Shown here: in pieces, positions 29,275 through 39,956 of the stretch
Position numbering within the stretch: the stretch's first letter is position 1
Layout of the letters: the number at the start of each line of letters is the position of its first letter
Source: an uncultured Pseudomonadales bacterium
GTDB lineage: Bacteria > Patescibacteriota > Microgenomatia > UBA1400 > CAYXSR01
Length of the DNA: 51,558 nucleotides
Direction of reading: 5' to 3'
NCBI GenBank assembly: GCA_964430265.1
Contig: CAYSEI010000002.1
Coordinates: 207,209 to 258,766 of the forward strand
Position numbers and translations under genes: made by a program
The notes under the pieces: generated by a model
Databases searched by the model: none
The model's input: the letters and a program-made list of their open reading frames with translations, nothing else
What the model was told of the DNA's origin: nothing

Positions 29275-29928
29275 ATGATTTTTGTTAACTTTAAATCTTA
29301 TCAGAATGCCTTGGGAAATCAATCCCTCGAGCTTGTTAAAACTTGTGAAAAAACACAAGAGCAAACAAAGACGCCTATTATTCCAGCTGTTTCTGCTTGT
29401 GATATCTATCGCTGCAGCAGCCAGACAGATCTGAATATTTGGGCGCAGCATATTGATCCTAAAGAAAGCAACCGCAATACAGGTTGGATAACTGGAGAAG
29501 CTTTAAAAAAAGCAGGCGCTAAAGGGGTGTTTTTAAACCATTCAGAGCACTTACTTGAATACTCTGATTTAAAACAAGCTTTAATCAATGCAAAAAATTT
29601 AGAAATGCAAACCTTGGTTTTTGTTCCTGATTTAGAATTAGCACAAAAAGCGGATGCGCTTTCCCCTGACTATATTGCTTATGAAGCACCGGAACTGGTT
29701 GCCGGTAAAAAAGCAATTGTTGAATTTCCTAATCAGCAGGAAAAAATAAAGAAATTTGTAAATATTATTAAAAATGCGAGTCCTCTTACAGGTGCAGGAA
29801 TAAAAGATACAGAAGACGTAAAAAAAAGCCTGCAATTGGGAGTTAAGGGAATAGTAGTTGCTTCGGGTGTGGTAAAAAACAATAATCCACTTCAGGCGCT
29901 TCTGAACTTAAGCAAAGGTTTTAATTAA
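29275..29928 (+). CDS. tpiA: triosephosphate isomerase, archaeal-type short form
   Basis: VNFKSY, AQH.DP, NHSE, YEAPEL, GAGI, VASGVVK; 217 aa. Confidence 0.92.
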   Translation: MIFVNFKSYQNALGNQSLELVKTCEKTQEQTKTPIIPAVSACDIYRCSSQTDLNIWAQHIDPKESNRNTGWITGEALKKAGAKGVFLNHSEHLLEYSDLKQALINAKNLEMQTLVFVPDLELAQKADALSPDYIAYEAPELVAGKKAIVEFPNQQEKIKKFVNIIKNASPLTGAGIKDTEDVKKSLQLGVKGIVVASGVVKNNNPLQALLNLSKGFN

Positions 29929-29934
29929 ATACAT

Positions 29935-30372
29935 ATGAAAGCAGTAATTCAAAGGGTTACCAGTGCAAGTGTTGTTATTGATAAAAAAACACATGCAGAA
30001 ATAGAAAAAGGATATTTAATCCTTTTGGGTGTTAAACAAGGTGATACACAAAAAGACCTTAAATGGCTGGCAAAAAAAATAGCCAAGCTTAGGGTAATGA
30101 GTGACAAAAAAGATAAAATGAATCTTAGTTTGAATAAAGTAAACGGAGAGGCTTTAATTGTTTCCCAGTTTACGCTTTATGGAGACTGCAGTAAAGGCAA
30201 CCGGCCCAGTTTTATTAAAGCTGCTGAACCAGAAATTGCCAAGAAACTTTATGAGCAATTTATTACAGAATTAAAGAAATATGTTAAAGTAGTCAAGTCC
30301 GGAAAGTTTGGTGCATATATGGATGTTAACCTGATTAATGATGGACCGGTCACTATTATTATAGAAAGTTGA
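29935..30372 (+). CDS. dtd: D-aminoacyl-tRNA deacylase
   Basis: MKAVIQRV, SQFTL, GNRP, FGA.M.V...NDGPVT. Confidence 0.97.
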   Translation: MKAVIQRVTSASVVIDKKTHAEIEKGYLILLGVKQGDTQKDLKWLAKKIAKLRVMSDKKDKMNLSLNKVNGEALIVSQFTLYGDCSKGNRPSFIKAAEPEIAKKLYEQFITELKKYVKVVKSGKFGAYMDVNLINDGPVTIIIES

Positions 30373-30477
30373 TTCATAGATTAAACTAATTAATTAATAA
30401 ATACCTTGATTAGTTAATTAGTAATTATAATAATTATTAATTATAATTTTTTAAAAATTTAAATATTTAAAACAAAA

Positions 30478-31623
30478 ATGTACTATTTAGACCCGTTATA
30501 CGGCCAACTTGATATTAGCAACCAAGAAGCTGATCTTTATAAAACAAAAGCCTTAACTAGGTTAAGGGATGTTTCTTTGTCCGCGGTCCCGCCTTTTACT
30601 TGGCCGGGAGGCAATATAGCTTCCCGTTTTGAACATTCAGTTGGTGTTGCGTATCTAGCAAAAATCCTCACTAAGAAAAAGGATTTTGAAGAAATTAAAG
30701 ACAATTTGTCTTTAGCAGCGCTTTTTCATGATGTGGGCAGCCCGCCTTTTTCACATACTACAGAAGTATTCCAAACTGAAATAACCGGGAAAAACCACGA
30801 ACAATTTGTAGAAGAAGTAATCAAAGAAAAAAATCTAAATAAGAAAATTAAAGAAATAGGCGGGGATCCGGAAACTGTCATTGCTTTAATTAATGGCGAA
30901 CATTCTCCTTGGGGAGATTTGATCAACGGTTCAATAGATCTTGATAACTTAGACAATACTTTAAGATGGGGAATGGGTGCGGGAGTATTCCAAAGCAAAA
31001 TGTATTCTCCCGAAGAAATATTAAATGCCTTTGTTTTCCGCAACAGTCATCTTGCATTAAAAATTGAATATCAGGCTAATATACAAAAATGGGAGTTGGC
31101 AAGACGTTTGGCATATGAACTAGTTTATTCAGATACTAATCTGGCACCGGGATCAATGCTTTTTAGGGCTTTATACTTTGCTTTTTTAAATGACGAAATA
31201 GATGTGGGGTATTTTTACAGAACTGACTCACAAGCATTCTATTTATTGGAAAACAAGTTTAACAAAACAACCCAGAATCTGGCGCAGGCTGCCCGTTCCT
31301 GGCATTTTTATAAATGTGCTGCACAGATATTGGAAAAAGAACCAAATAAAAAAGCAAAGGAAATCTGTTTATCCTGGAAAAAAAGAATGCAGCTTGCTGA
31401 CACGATTGCAAAAGAACTAGATGTTAACAAAGAACAGGTGACAGTATATGCGGGCAAAGACAAAGGATTTAAAAAGATACACTTGCCCTTTGTAGGTGAA
31501 GGTGAAAAACAATACCATATGCCAATAATTCCTTTAAAGTGGAGGATAAAAGTGTATCTGCATCCCGAAATATTAGATAAAAAAGAAGAAACCAAGCATA
31601 TATTAAAAGAAATTTTAGGGTAA
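30478..31623 (+). CDS. HD-domain phosphohydrolase (SAMHD1/dNTPase-like)
   Basis: DPLYG, RL, SRFEHSVG, HDVG..PFSH, DLDNLD. Confidence 0.85.
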   Translation: MYYLDPLYGQLDISNQEADLYKTKALTRLRDVSLSAVPPFTWPGGNIASRFEHSVGVAYLAKILTKKKDFEEIKDNLSLAALFHDVGSPPFSHTTEVFQTEITGKNHEQFVEEVIKEKNLNKKIKEIGGDPETVIALINGEHSPWGDLINGSIDLDNLDNTLRWGMGAGVFQSKMYSPEEILNAFVFRNSHLALKIEYQANIQKWELARRLAYELVYSDTNLAPGSMLFRALYFAFLNDEIDVGYFYRTDSQAFYLLENKFNKTTQNLAQAARSWHFYKCAAQILEKEPNKKAKEICLSWKKRMQLADTIAKELDVNKEQVTVYAGKDKGFKKIHLPFVGEGEKQYHMPIIPLKWRIKVYLHPEILDKKEETKHILKEILG

Positions 31624-31690
31624 TAAGTACAAAATTGGGCTATATAACACAAAAATAGATACTAATTTGCTGTTTTTTAATAACTAAACA

Positions 31691-31719
31691 TTGACGCTTA
31701 GCACTCATTATGATATAGT
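31691..31719 (+). promoter_or_regulatory. sigma70-type promoter of lon
   Basis: TTGACG (31691-31696), 17 nt, TATAGT (31714-31719) with TG extension. Confidence 0.8.
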
Positions 31720-31724
31720 GCTAA
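31698..31724. promoter_or_regulatory. CIRCE element (HrcA operator)
   Basis: TTAGCACTC-N9-TAGTGCTAA, one mismatch to the consensus TTAGCACTC-N9-GAGTGCTAA. Confidence 0.9.
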
Positions 31725-31734
31725 TTGTAGAAAT

Positions 31735-34110
31735 ATGACACCAATAATTAAAAATGTAAACCAGAGTGAGGAAAGGAAAAGCGCACCACTAATCCCTTTG
31801 CGGACCGGTACAGTTTTTCCTCATACAGAAACAGTGCTTTCATTCGGCAGACAAAAATCACTAAAAGCAATTGAAGCCGCATTTGAAGGTGACCGTAAGA
31901 TTGTGTTATCTGCACAAAAAGATCCTCAGGTTGATGATCCCCAAAAAAACGATATTTATCAAACCGGAACAATTGGCCATATTGAAAGACTTTTAAAAAC
32001 AGACGGTGAAGTAAATGCTTTGGTAAAAGGTGAAAAAAGAATTTCCATAACTGGATACACACAAAAAAAACCGTATTTTGTGACTTCATATGAGGATGTT
32101 GATGAAATAAAGCCGCCGGAAAATGAGGAAGTCAAAGTTTTAACTAAGCACCTAACCAAGCAACTGAAAAAAGCTGTCAAGCTAGGTAAGTCAGTAGACT
32201 TTTTAATTTTTATGCGTTTAATGTCTGGTGTGGAACCGTCTGAATTGACAGATCAAATCAGTGCGCTTTTAGATCTTAAACCTGAAGAGCAGCAAGATCT
32301 TCTGGAAACAATAGATGTACAAAGAAGAATGGAAAAGCTGGCGGAATATTTTTCCCAGGAAATAAAGGTTTTGGAAATTGAAAAATCAATTGATACTAAA
32401 ACGCAGCAGAAATTTAACAAATCAATGCGTAAAACTGTTTTAAAAGAACGCTTGAAAACTATTCAGGAAGAGTTAGGAGAAAAAGGTGGAGATGATGAAA
32501 TTAAAGAGCTGAAAAAAAAGATAAAAAAAGCGCAGATGCCAAAAGAAGTGGAAGAAAAAGCTAAAAAAGAACTGGACAGATTATCAAAAATGCATGCATA
32601 TAACCCGGAAGCAGGATATATACGCACATATATTGAAACTTTAACTGATTTTCCTTGGAACAAAGAATCAGATAATAATGTATCTTTACAGGAGGCGGAA
32701 GAAGTTCTAAAAAAAGACCACTATGGGCTTAAAGAAGTAAAAGAAAGAATTTTAGAACACTTGGCGGTAATGAAATTAAAAGAAAAAAGAAATGATAAAA
32801 AAGATAAAAAGACTTCAAGTAAGGGAACAATAATCTGTTTTGTCGGGCCTCCAGGAGTAGGAAAAACTTCTATGGGGAGATCCATTGCCAGGGCTTTGGA
32901 CAGGAAGTTTATGAAAGTTTCTTTAGGCGGTATTAGGGACGAAGCAGAGATTAGAGGACACAGACGTACTTATGTAGGCGCAATGCCCGGAAGAGTTATT
33001 AGGGGAGTAATTGATGTGAAATCAAAAAATCCGGTGTTTATGCTGGATGAGATTGACAAAGTAGGCAAAGATTTCCGTGGTGATCCTTCAGCAGCACTTT
33101 TGGAGCTATTGGATCCGGAACAGAATAAAGAATTCTTTGACCACTATTTTGACGTTCCTGTTGATCTTTCTAATGTTTTGTTTATTACCACTGCCAATGT
33201 TTTGGATACTATTCCACCGGCATTAAAAGACCGTCTTGAAGTGATTAGATTTTCTGGATATACGGAAAATGAGAAGTACAAGATTGCCAAGCAGTTTTTA
33301 ATGGAAAAAGTGCTTAAGGCAAACGGACTTAAAAAAGAGGAAATTAATATTTCTCAGACAGTTATTAACCAAATTATAGATAAATATACGCGTGAAGCTG
33401 GAGTCAGGGAGCTGGAAAGAAAGCTTAGCAAGCTGGCGCGTAAAGTAGCAAAAAAAATAACGGAGGAAGAAGACAGAGAAAAAGAAGTACGTATTACCAC
33501 CAGAAATGTACAAAAATACCTTGGTCCGGAAAAATACAATAAAAGATTGGCTAAAGAAGAAAACGAAATTGGAGTTGCCACCGGAATGGCTTGGACGCAG
33601 GCAGGCGGAGAAATCCTATTTATTGAAACCGCTTTAATGCCTGGTAAAGGTAAGGTTATTCTTACAGGACAATTAGGTGATGTAATGAAAGAATCCTGCA
33701 AAGCAGCTATTTCATATGCACGCAGCAACTGGAAAGAACTGGGACTTGATAAAGATGTTACCAAAGAAATGGATGTACATGTACACGTACCTGAAGGTGC
33801 AGTTCCTAAAGACGGTCCTTCTGCAGGTATTACTATTGCGACGGCAATAATCTCTGCATTGACAAATAAGAAAGTAAAAAGAGATGTGGCAATGACCGGT
33901 GAAATAACATTAAGAGGTAAAGTTTTGGAAATAGGAGGCGTAAAAGAAAAAGTAATTGCTGCTCACAGGGCAGGTATTAAAAAAATCCTTTTACCCAAGG
34001 ACAATGAAAAAAATCTGGTAAAAGTTCCGGATGAGATAAAAGAAGATACTAAATTCGAGTTTGTGGAAAACCTGGAACAAGTACTGGAAAAAACGTTGGT
34101 AAAAAATTAA
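31735..34110 (+). CDS. lon: ATP-dependent protease La (LonA)
   Basis: Lon N-domain, [29 protein letters not shown] catalytic Ser, IGGVKEK. Confidence 0.98.
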   Translation: MTPIIKNVNQSEERKSAPLIPLRTGTVFPHTETVLSFGRQKSLKAIEAAFEGDRKIVLSAQKDPQVDDPQKNDIYQTGTIGHIERLLKTDGEVNALVKGEKRISITGYTQKKPYFVTSYEDVDEIKPPENEEVKVLTKHLTKQLKKAVKLGKSVDFLIFMRLMSGVEPSELTDQISALLDLKPEEQQDLLETIDVQRRMEKLAEYFSQEIKVLEIEKSIDTKTQQKFNKSMRKTVLKERLKTIQEELGEKGGDDEIKELKKKIKKAQMPKEVEEKAKKELDRLSKMHAYNPEAGYIRTYIETLTDFPWNKESDNNVSLQEAEEVLKKDHYGLKEVKERILEHLAVMKLKEKRNDKKDKKTSSKGTIICFVGPPGVGKTSMGRSIARALDRKFMKVSLGGIRDEAEIRGHRRTYVGAMPGRVIRGVIDVKSKNPVFMLDEIDKVGKDFRGDPSAALLELLDPEQNKEFFDHYFDVPVDLSNVLFITTANVLDTIPPALKDRLEVIRFSGYTENEKYKIAKQFLMEKVLKANGLKKEEINISQTVINQIIDKYTREAGVRELERKLSKLARKVAKKITEEEDREKEVRITTRNVQKYLGPEKYNKRLAKEENEIGVATGMAWTQAGGEILFIETALMPGKGKVILTGQLGDVMKESCKAAISYARSNWKELGLDKDVTKEMDVHVHVPEGAVPKDGPSAGITIATAIISALTNKKVKRDVAMTGEITLRGKVLEIGGVKEKVIAAHRAGIKKILLPKDNEKNLVKVPDEIKEDTKFEFVENLEQVLEKTLVKN

Positions 34111-34138
34111 GAAGTTAATTCTTTAGTAACTTAAACTG

Positions 34139-34753
34139 TTATTTCTTTTCTTCCCGTGGAGAAACCAAGACTTTATCATCTTTTTTAGAGTCGGTTTCAC
34201 CCAGATCTTTGACCTCGGACAAAAGAAACCCTTCACAAATTAGACCTTTATCATTAAAAATACTATCTAGCTCGGATTGGATTCTTTCTTCAATTTGTGG
34301 TCTGTGTTTAACAATCTCTTCGGAACTGATTTGGGAAAAAACAGAACGGATTCTGCTGCGGGAGACTGGCCTGACAACTTTGGAAACAAAGTTTTCGCCA
34401 ATATTTTCCCAGAGTAAAGGTGCTTTACTTTTGTTTAATTTAAAAAGAATAGAACCTTCCACTTGTATATGAGTGTTGTCCTTGGTAGTGGAATTAATCG
34501 GTTTATCGCCCAAGACTTCTTTGTGTTCAGGCTCAAAGCCTTCAGTAATTGTATATTCAAGTATTTGTGCATTAAAAAGCTTGGCTACTTGCCAAAAAGG
34601 TATTTTTAAATGTAGTCCTGGTCCCCAAACTCGAGGTAATACACCACGACCTCTATCATATAAACAGGCTACATGTCCGGGCGGAACAGAGATAAAAAAG
34701 CCGCCAACAACTTCGTCAACAAAAAATGATACTACCAGGTCGTCTATAGACAT
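34139..34753 (-). CDS. SPFH / prohibitin (band 7) domain protein
   Basis: VPPGH...G..PGLHLKIP, TKD...V, R..I...I. Confidence 0.8.
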   Translation of the reverse strand: MSIDDLVVSFFVDEVVGGFFISVPPGHVACLYDRGRGVLPRVWGPGLHLKIPFWQVAKLFNAQILEYTITEGFEPEHKEVLGDKPINSTTKDNTHIQVEGSILFKLNKSKAPLLWENIGENFVSKVVRPVSRSRIRSVFSQISSEEIVKHRPQIEERIQSELDSIFNDKGLICEGFLLSEVKDLGETDSKKDDKVLVSPREEKK

Positions 34754-34786
34754 TGTTCATATTATACAACTTTTTAATGTTTATGT

Positions 34787-35773
34787 TCAATTTTCACTAT
34801 CTTTTTGGCTTGCTTCAGCAATTACATCCCTAATCAAACCTTTAACAGTATCCTTGTTTAAATCAGGTTTTTCTTTATTAGTTTCCTGTGTTTTTACAGA
34901 ATTATCTTTTTTATTTTGCTTTTTATCTTTATCCTTGTTGTTTTTTTCTTTATCTGTCTTTTGTTTTTCTAGTTTGTCTTCTTTTCCGGTTACCATTTTA
35001 AATACTTTAGTTTTGGCAATTCTTTCTCCGATGATAATAAAAATGGTTAATATTTCAAATATTAGTAAAGCATATTCAAAACCGGAAGGTACCCAATAAG
35101 TTAAATAATATGCTCCCGCAGGAAAGAGGATAAGGTATTTTAATAGCTGTCTTTTGCTTGTTCTTTTATTCATAATAATTTCTGTTAAACCTAAGACAGC
35201 GGCTCCGATTGCACCATATAAATTTAAAGTTAAATTAGGTTTTGCCAGGTCAACAATTCCGAGAAGAGGAATTTTAGATAATGTATTAATTGGGTAATTA
35301 TCGGGTGTATAAAAATCGCTATACAAAAGTCTTTCCAGTCTTTCCTGGGTAAAACCTTGAAAAAATATAGCACCGATAGCAACTGCATTCATAGTCATAA
35401 AACAAAGATGGAACCAGCTGAATAAAAGCAGCAACTTATTTGATTGCAATAGCTTTTGCTTTTGCTTGTCTCTTTCCAGCCTATTGCTTAGTCCATTTAT
35501 TTCATTAAATTTTTCTTCGGTTTTTTTAATTCTTGCTTCCAGATAGTTTTTGATCAAAGCTGTAGGATAAAGAACAACACGGATAAAAACTGCATATAAA
35601 ACAGTTGCAAGACCAAGATTATTAAATATGAAATACCCCAAAAAAAGGATATTAAGACCCAAGATTTTCCATGTTTTGAAAAAATAGATGCAGAAAAAAA
35701 GGATTAATAAACTCCCCAAAACAAAGAAAGAGTTTGTTTTTTTGGTATAGGATAAATTTTCTTCTTTATTCAT
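34787..35773 (-). CDS. divergent YidC/Oxa1-like membrane protein
   Basis: NLGLA...IRVVLYP followed by a coiled hairpin, DL.KP, PSG..Y; Lys-rich tail. Confidence 0.55.
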   Translation of the reverse strand: MNKEENLSYTKKTNSFFVLGSLLILFFCIYFFKTWKILGLNILFLGYFIFNNLGLATVLYAVFIRVVLYPTALIKNYLEARIKKTEEKFNEINGLSNRLERDKQKQKLLQSNKLLLLFSWFHLCFMTMNAVAIGAIFFQGFTQERLERLLYSDFYTPDNYPINTLSKIPLLGIVDLAKPNLTLNLYGAIGAAVLGLTEIIMNKRTSKRQLLKYLILFPAGAYYLTYWVPSGFEYALLIFEILTIFIIIGERIAKTKVFKMVTGKEDKLEKQKTDKEKNNKDKDKKQNKKDNSVKTQETNKEKPDLNKDTVKGLIRDVIAEASQKDSEN

Positions 35774-35913
35774 TAAATTTCTTTAATTTAGTACTTTGGA
35801 ATATCAAGGGAAACGCCTCAAGAAGATTCTCTGTATTGTAGTACTTTTATTATAGGATTTCAAGTGGCAATTTCCGCCTGTTAAGCTTTTTTTTAAAAAA
35901 TTAATATCTTATT

Positions 35914-37182
35914 CTAAGATAACATTTCTTTTTTATGGAGTAAATGGTGGTATTTTTGAGCAAACCTGTGTGCTTCGTCTCTGGCAAACTGTAGAGTCTG
36001 TAACAGGGTAGAATCAGGAGGAAGATTAATATGCTTCCAGCCCTTAATTTTCCAGTTTGAAATTAAAGGAATCACTAAAGTTTCTTCTTCTTTTGTTAAG
36101 CCAATAATACCAATTCTTTTGATGTTTTTATCCTTTAAAGCTTGATAAGCTGCTTTTAACTGGGTTTTTCCGCCATCAATTAGTATTACCTGGGGAAAGT
36201 TCCATTCCCGGTGCTTAAACCTTCTAGAGACTACCTCTTCTATAGCAGCCGGGTCATTTGGTAGCTCAGCTGTTCTGATTTTAAACCTCCTATACTCTTT
36301 TGGCTCGGGTTTTTCACCCACAAAAACAGCCATTGAGCCGCTGGTATATTTTTGTCCTAGGTTAGCAATATCATAAGCTTCAAGCCGGTGAACCAGCATT
36401 GGGTCTATTTTCTGATATTTAACTAATAATTTATGCAGCTTATCAAAAACCTGGGTTTTTTTTCCTTTTCCTTCAGGAGTTCTCCAACCACTGAAAAAAT
36501 AACTGAGTAGCTTCAGCTGTTTTTTAATTTTTGCAGCTTCCTCAAAATTAAGAAGCTCTGCCTCTTTTTTCATTTTTTCTTCAAGCTCCTTGTACAGCTT
36601 TTCGTCTTTACCCTGCAATAATTTTGTTATTCTTGAAATAGTTTTGCTGTATTCAATGTTTTTGTTTACGCAAGGTGCGGGGCAGAGATTGATGTCTGCA
36701 TACAGGCAAGTGTTTTGTGGTAAGTTCTTACACGATCGAAAAGGAAAGATTCTTCTAATAAACCTGATTGCCCTTTTGGCTGTGCGTGAACTGGGAAAGG
36801 GACCAAACCAGGTTTTTAAGTTGTTTTTTTCACTTGGCCGGCGCAGTAAATATATGCGCGGATATTTTTCATTTGAAATACCGATATACAAAGGCGACTT
36901 GCTGTCTTTTAAACGCATATTGTATTTAGGCTGGTGCTGTTTGATTAGTTTGGTTTCCAAAAGCAATGCTTTTTGTTCGGAAGGAGTTTCAATGTAATCC
37001 ACATCAGCAATATTTTTTACCAAACGTTTTGTTTTGGGATCTTTTTGGCTGTTGTTAAAATATTGCCTGACCCTAGCTTTTAAGCTCAAAGATTTACCAA
37101 CGTAGATAATATTTTTCTGATCATCCTTGAAAAGATAAACTCCTGGACCCTTGGGTACTTTCTTAATTAAATTTTTGTTCAT
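35914..37182 (-). CDS. uvrC: excinuclease ABC subunit C (lacks C-terminal HhH)
   Basis: PGVY...YVGK GIY-YIG, Cys cluster, UVR FEEAA, EAYDI, IDGG, RDEAHRFA. Confidence 0.9.
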   Translation of the reverse strand: MNKNLIKKVPKGPGVYLFKDDQKNIIYVGKSLSLKARVRQYFNNSQKDPKTKRLVKNIADVDYIETPSEQKALLLETKLIKQHQPKYNMRLKDSKSPLYIGISNEKYPRIYLLRRPSEKNNLKTWFGPFPSSRTAKRAIRFIRRIFPFRSCKNLPQNTCLYADINLCPAPCVNKNIEYSKTISRITKLLQGKDEKLYKELEEKMKKEAELLNFEEAAKIKKQLKLLSYFFSGWRTPEGKGKKTQVFDKLHKLLVKYQKIDPMLVHRLEAYDIANLGQKYTSGSMAVFVGEKPEPKEYRRFKIRTAELPNDPAAIEEVVSRRFKHREWNFPQVILIDGGKTQLKAAYQALKDKNIKRIGIIGLTKEEETLVIPLISNWKIKGWKHINLPPDSTLLQTLQFARDEAHRFAQKYHHLLHKKEMLS

Positions 37183-37210
37183 TTACCTCTTTTAAAATTT
37201 AATATTTTCA

Positions 37211-37262
37211 AGTAAAATATATAGGCAGTTGTTACCGACCCTTCTGCTTCATATATTTTACT
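37211..37262. repeat. inverted repeat between divergent uvrC and uvrA
   Basis: AGTAAAATATAT (37211-37222) / ATATATTTTACT (37251-37262), inner AGGCAG/CTGCTT. Confidence 0.75.
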
Positions 37263-37283
37263 AAATTTATCCGTTGATTATTA

Positions 37284-39956
37284 ATGCATTTTGACGAATC
37301 CAAAAACATAATTATTAAAGGTGCTTATGAGCATAATTTAAAAGGGATTAACCTCAAGGTTCCCAAAAATAAGTTGGTGCTTTTTACCGGTGTATCTGGT
37401 TCAGGCAAATCATCACTTGCTTTTGATACTCTCTGCAATGAAGGACAAAGAAGGTATATTGAAAGCCTTTCCTCATACGTCCGACAGCTTTTGAAAACAA
37501 AAAACCGGCCTAAAGTTGACACAATTAAAGGTTTGTCGCCAACTATTGCTGTAGATCAGCACGGGCTTTCACACAATCCGCGTTCTACCGTAGGAACAGT
37601 AACAGAAATTTATGACTATTTTAGGGTATTGTTTGCTAGGATCGGCAAACCGCATTGTCCTGAATGCGGACAGCCAATGGGAGAGCTGACAAGCGAAAAT
37701 ATTGCAGATCAAGTAATAAATGATATTGAAGTTAATTTAAAAGCCAAAGGCAAAGCCCGATATTTTATCTTTTCTCCAGTAGTTAAAAACAAGACTGGTG
37801 ATTTTAGCAAACTTCTTGACAACCTGCAGAAAAAAGGTTTTGAGCAGGTCAGGATTGACGGCTGGATCTATTCATTAAATAAAGATGTAGTCTTAATTAA
37901 AACCAATCCCCACACTATTGAAGTGGTAGTGGATAAAATCAGTCTTGTAAAAGAGGTTAAAAACAAAAAAGAATATCAAAGAAGAATAACTGATGATATT
38001 AAGCTTGCTTTGCAACTGTCAGATGGATTGGCCATTCTTAGTCAAGTTAAGGATAAAGGATTTAAATTTCCTAGCAAGCCAAAAAAAATGGCTGACAAAA
38101 AATTTTCTCAAAGAATGACTTGTCCGGAATGTGAAATTTCCTTTCCCAAGATGGAGCCTAAACTATTCTCCTTTAACTCGCCGCAGGGGGCTTGTCCTAA
38201 ATGTAATGGATTAGGAGTTAAGCTGAGTATTGACAGGAGCAAGCTTTCACCCAGCAAAGCAGACAGGCTGGAAAGAAGATATTATAGTACCAACTCGGAC
38301 GTAGTCAGGGAAGAGATTGAAAAATACATGATTAAAAAAGACTGTCCTTTGTGTAAAGGAAAAAGGTTGAAAAAAGAAGCTTTATCAGTAAAGATTGACG
38401 ATTATTCAATAGCGCAGCTGACGGCTTTTTCTTTAAAAGATTTACAATCCTGGCTGGAAAGTTTGATGGATGATTTAAAAAGCAAAAGAGAGAAAAAAAT
38501 TGCCCGGCCGGTTTTAGATGAAGTGCAGAATAGGATTGCGTTTCTTTTATCAGTTGGAGTTGGATATCTAACACTGGACAGGACAGCCTCTTCCTTATCA
38601 GCAGGGGAAGCACAAAGAATCAGGCTTGCAAGCCAAATGGGAACCGGATTAACCGGTGTATTATACATCTTAGATGAGCCAACCGTAGGCCTGCATCCTC
38701 GAGACAACCAAAGATTATTACAAACACTTTTTAACCTTAGGGATCTGGGCAATACTGTGGTTGTGGTAGAGCACGAGCCGGAAATGATTAAAGGAGCTGA
38801 CTGGATAATTGATTTTGGGCCAAGAGCTGGTAAAAACGGCGGAGAAATAGTTGCAACCGGAACATTTGAAGATATTTTAAATAACAAAAAATCTTTAACC
38901 GGACAGTATTTAAGCGGCAAAAAAAAGGTAAAAGTTAATAAAGATAAAAATAAAGGGAATCCTACTAAATACCTCAAACTTGAAGGGTGTAGGGAACACA
39001 ACTTAAAAAATCTGGATGTAAAAATACCTTTAAACAAATTTGTCTGTATCACCGGTGTTTCCGGATCAGGCAAGTCAAGCTTGATGACAGACACGCTTTT
39101 TCCTGCAGTCAAAAAAAGGCTTTCACCCAGATTTACCGGAGAAATCGGCAGATATGATGCAATTAAAGGTGCAGATAATCTAAAAAAAGTATTGCTTGTT
39201 GATCAATCTCCGATTGGCCAGACCCGCAGATCAAATCCGGCAACATATACCAGTGCATTGACTGGCATCAGGGAAATTCTAGCTAAAACAGAGCTTGCCA
39301 AGGTCAGGGGATTTACTAAATCGCATTTTTCTTTTAATAACAAAGCCGGCCGCTGCCCTGCCTGCAGAGGCAAAGGCAAAAACAGGATCCCAATGCAGTT
39401 TATGCCTGACATCTGGGTTGAATGTGAGGAATGTGATGGTAAAAGATACAAAAAAGAGGTTTTGGAAGTTAAGTACAAAGATAAGAGCATTGACAATATT
39501 CTTGCTATGACAATTGAAGAAGCATTGGATTTTTTTCGACCGATTCCCAAAATTGCAAAAAAACTAAAAACCTTAGACCAGGTTGGTTTAGGATATCTGG
39601 CTCTTGAACAGCCGTCTCCCACCCTTTCCGGAGGAGAAGCACAAAGGTTAAAAATTGCTAGGGAACTGGTCAAAAGAGGAGGCGATACGCTTTATCTATT
39701 GGATGAACCAACGACTGGACTTCACTATCATGATCTGCAAAAAATGATTAATGTTTTGATTGAACTGGTGAATAAAGGTAATACTGTGGTAGTAATTGAA
39801 CACAACTTAACTTTATTAAAACATGCAGACTGGATAATTGATTTAGGGCCTGATGGAGGTTCAGCCGGAGGCGAGATTCTTGCCGAGGGAAGACCCAAAG
39901 ATATTGTAACTAGTAAAAGATCATATACCGCAAAATTTTTAAAAGAAGTGATATAA
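37284..39956 (+). CDS. uvrA: excinuclease ABC subunit A
   Basis: Two GVSGSGKSS Walker A motifs, zinc fingers, LSAGEAQR / LSGGEAQR, LDEP. Confidence 0.98.
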   Translation: MHFDESKNIIIKGAYEHNLKGINLKVPKNKLVLFTGVSGSGKSSLAFDTLCNEGQRRYIESLSSYVRQLLKTKNRPKVDTIKGLSPTIAVDQHGLSHNPRSTVGTVTEIYDYFRVLFARIGKPHCPECGQPMGELTSENIADQVINDIEVNLKAKGKARYFIFSPVVKNKTGDFSKLLDNLQKKGFEQVRIDGWIYSLNKDVVLIKTNPHTIEVVVDKISLVKEVKNKKEYQRRITDDIKLALQLSDGLAILSQVKDKGFKFPSKPKKMADKKFSQRMTCPECEISFPKMEPKLFSFNSPQGACPKCNGLGVKLSIDRSKLSPSKADRLERRYYSTNSDVVREEIEKYMIKKDCPLCKGKRLKKEALSVKIDDYSIAQLTAFSLKDLQSWLESLMDDLKSKREKKIARPVLDEVQNRIAFLLSVGVGYLTLDRTASSLSAGEAQRIRLASQMGTGLTGVLYILDEPTVGLHPRDNQRLLQTLFNLRDLGNTVVVVEHEPEMIKGADWIIDFGPRAGKNGGEIVATGTFEDILNNKKSLTGQYLSGKKKVKVNKDKNKGNPTKYLKLEGCREHNLKNLDVKIPLNKFVCITGVSGSGKSSLMTDTLFPAVKKRLSPRFTGEIGRYDAIKGADNLKKVLLVDQSPIGQTRRSNPATYTSALTGIREILAKTELAKVRGFTKSHFSFNNKAGRCPACRGKGKNRIPMQFMPDIWVECEECDGKRYKKEVLEVKYKDKSIDNILAMTIEEALDFFRPIPKIAKKLKTLDQVGLGYLALEQPSPTLSGGEAQRLKIARELVKRGGDTLYLLDEPTTGLHYHDLQKMINVLIELVNKGNTVVVIEHNLTLLKHADWIIDLGPDGGSAGGEILAEGRPKDIVTSKRSYTAKFLKEVI

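Noticed and set aside
30373-30477. Inverted repeats upstream of the HD gene
   Set aside because: Almost pure A/T low-complexity sequence where such symmetry is expected by chance
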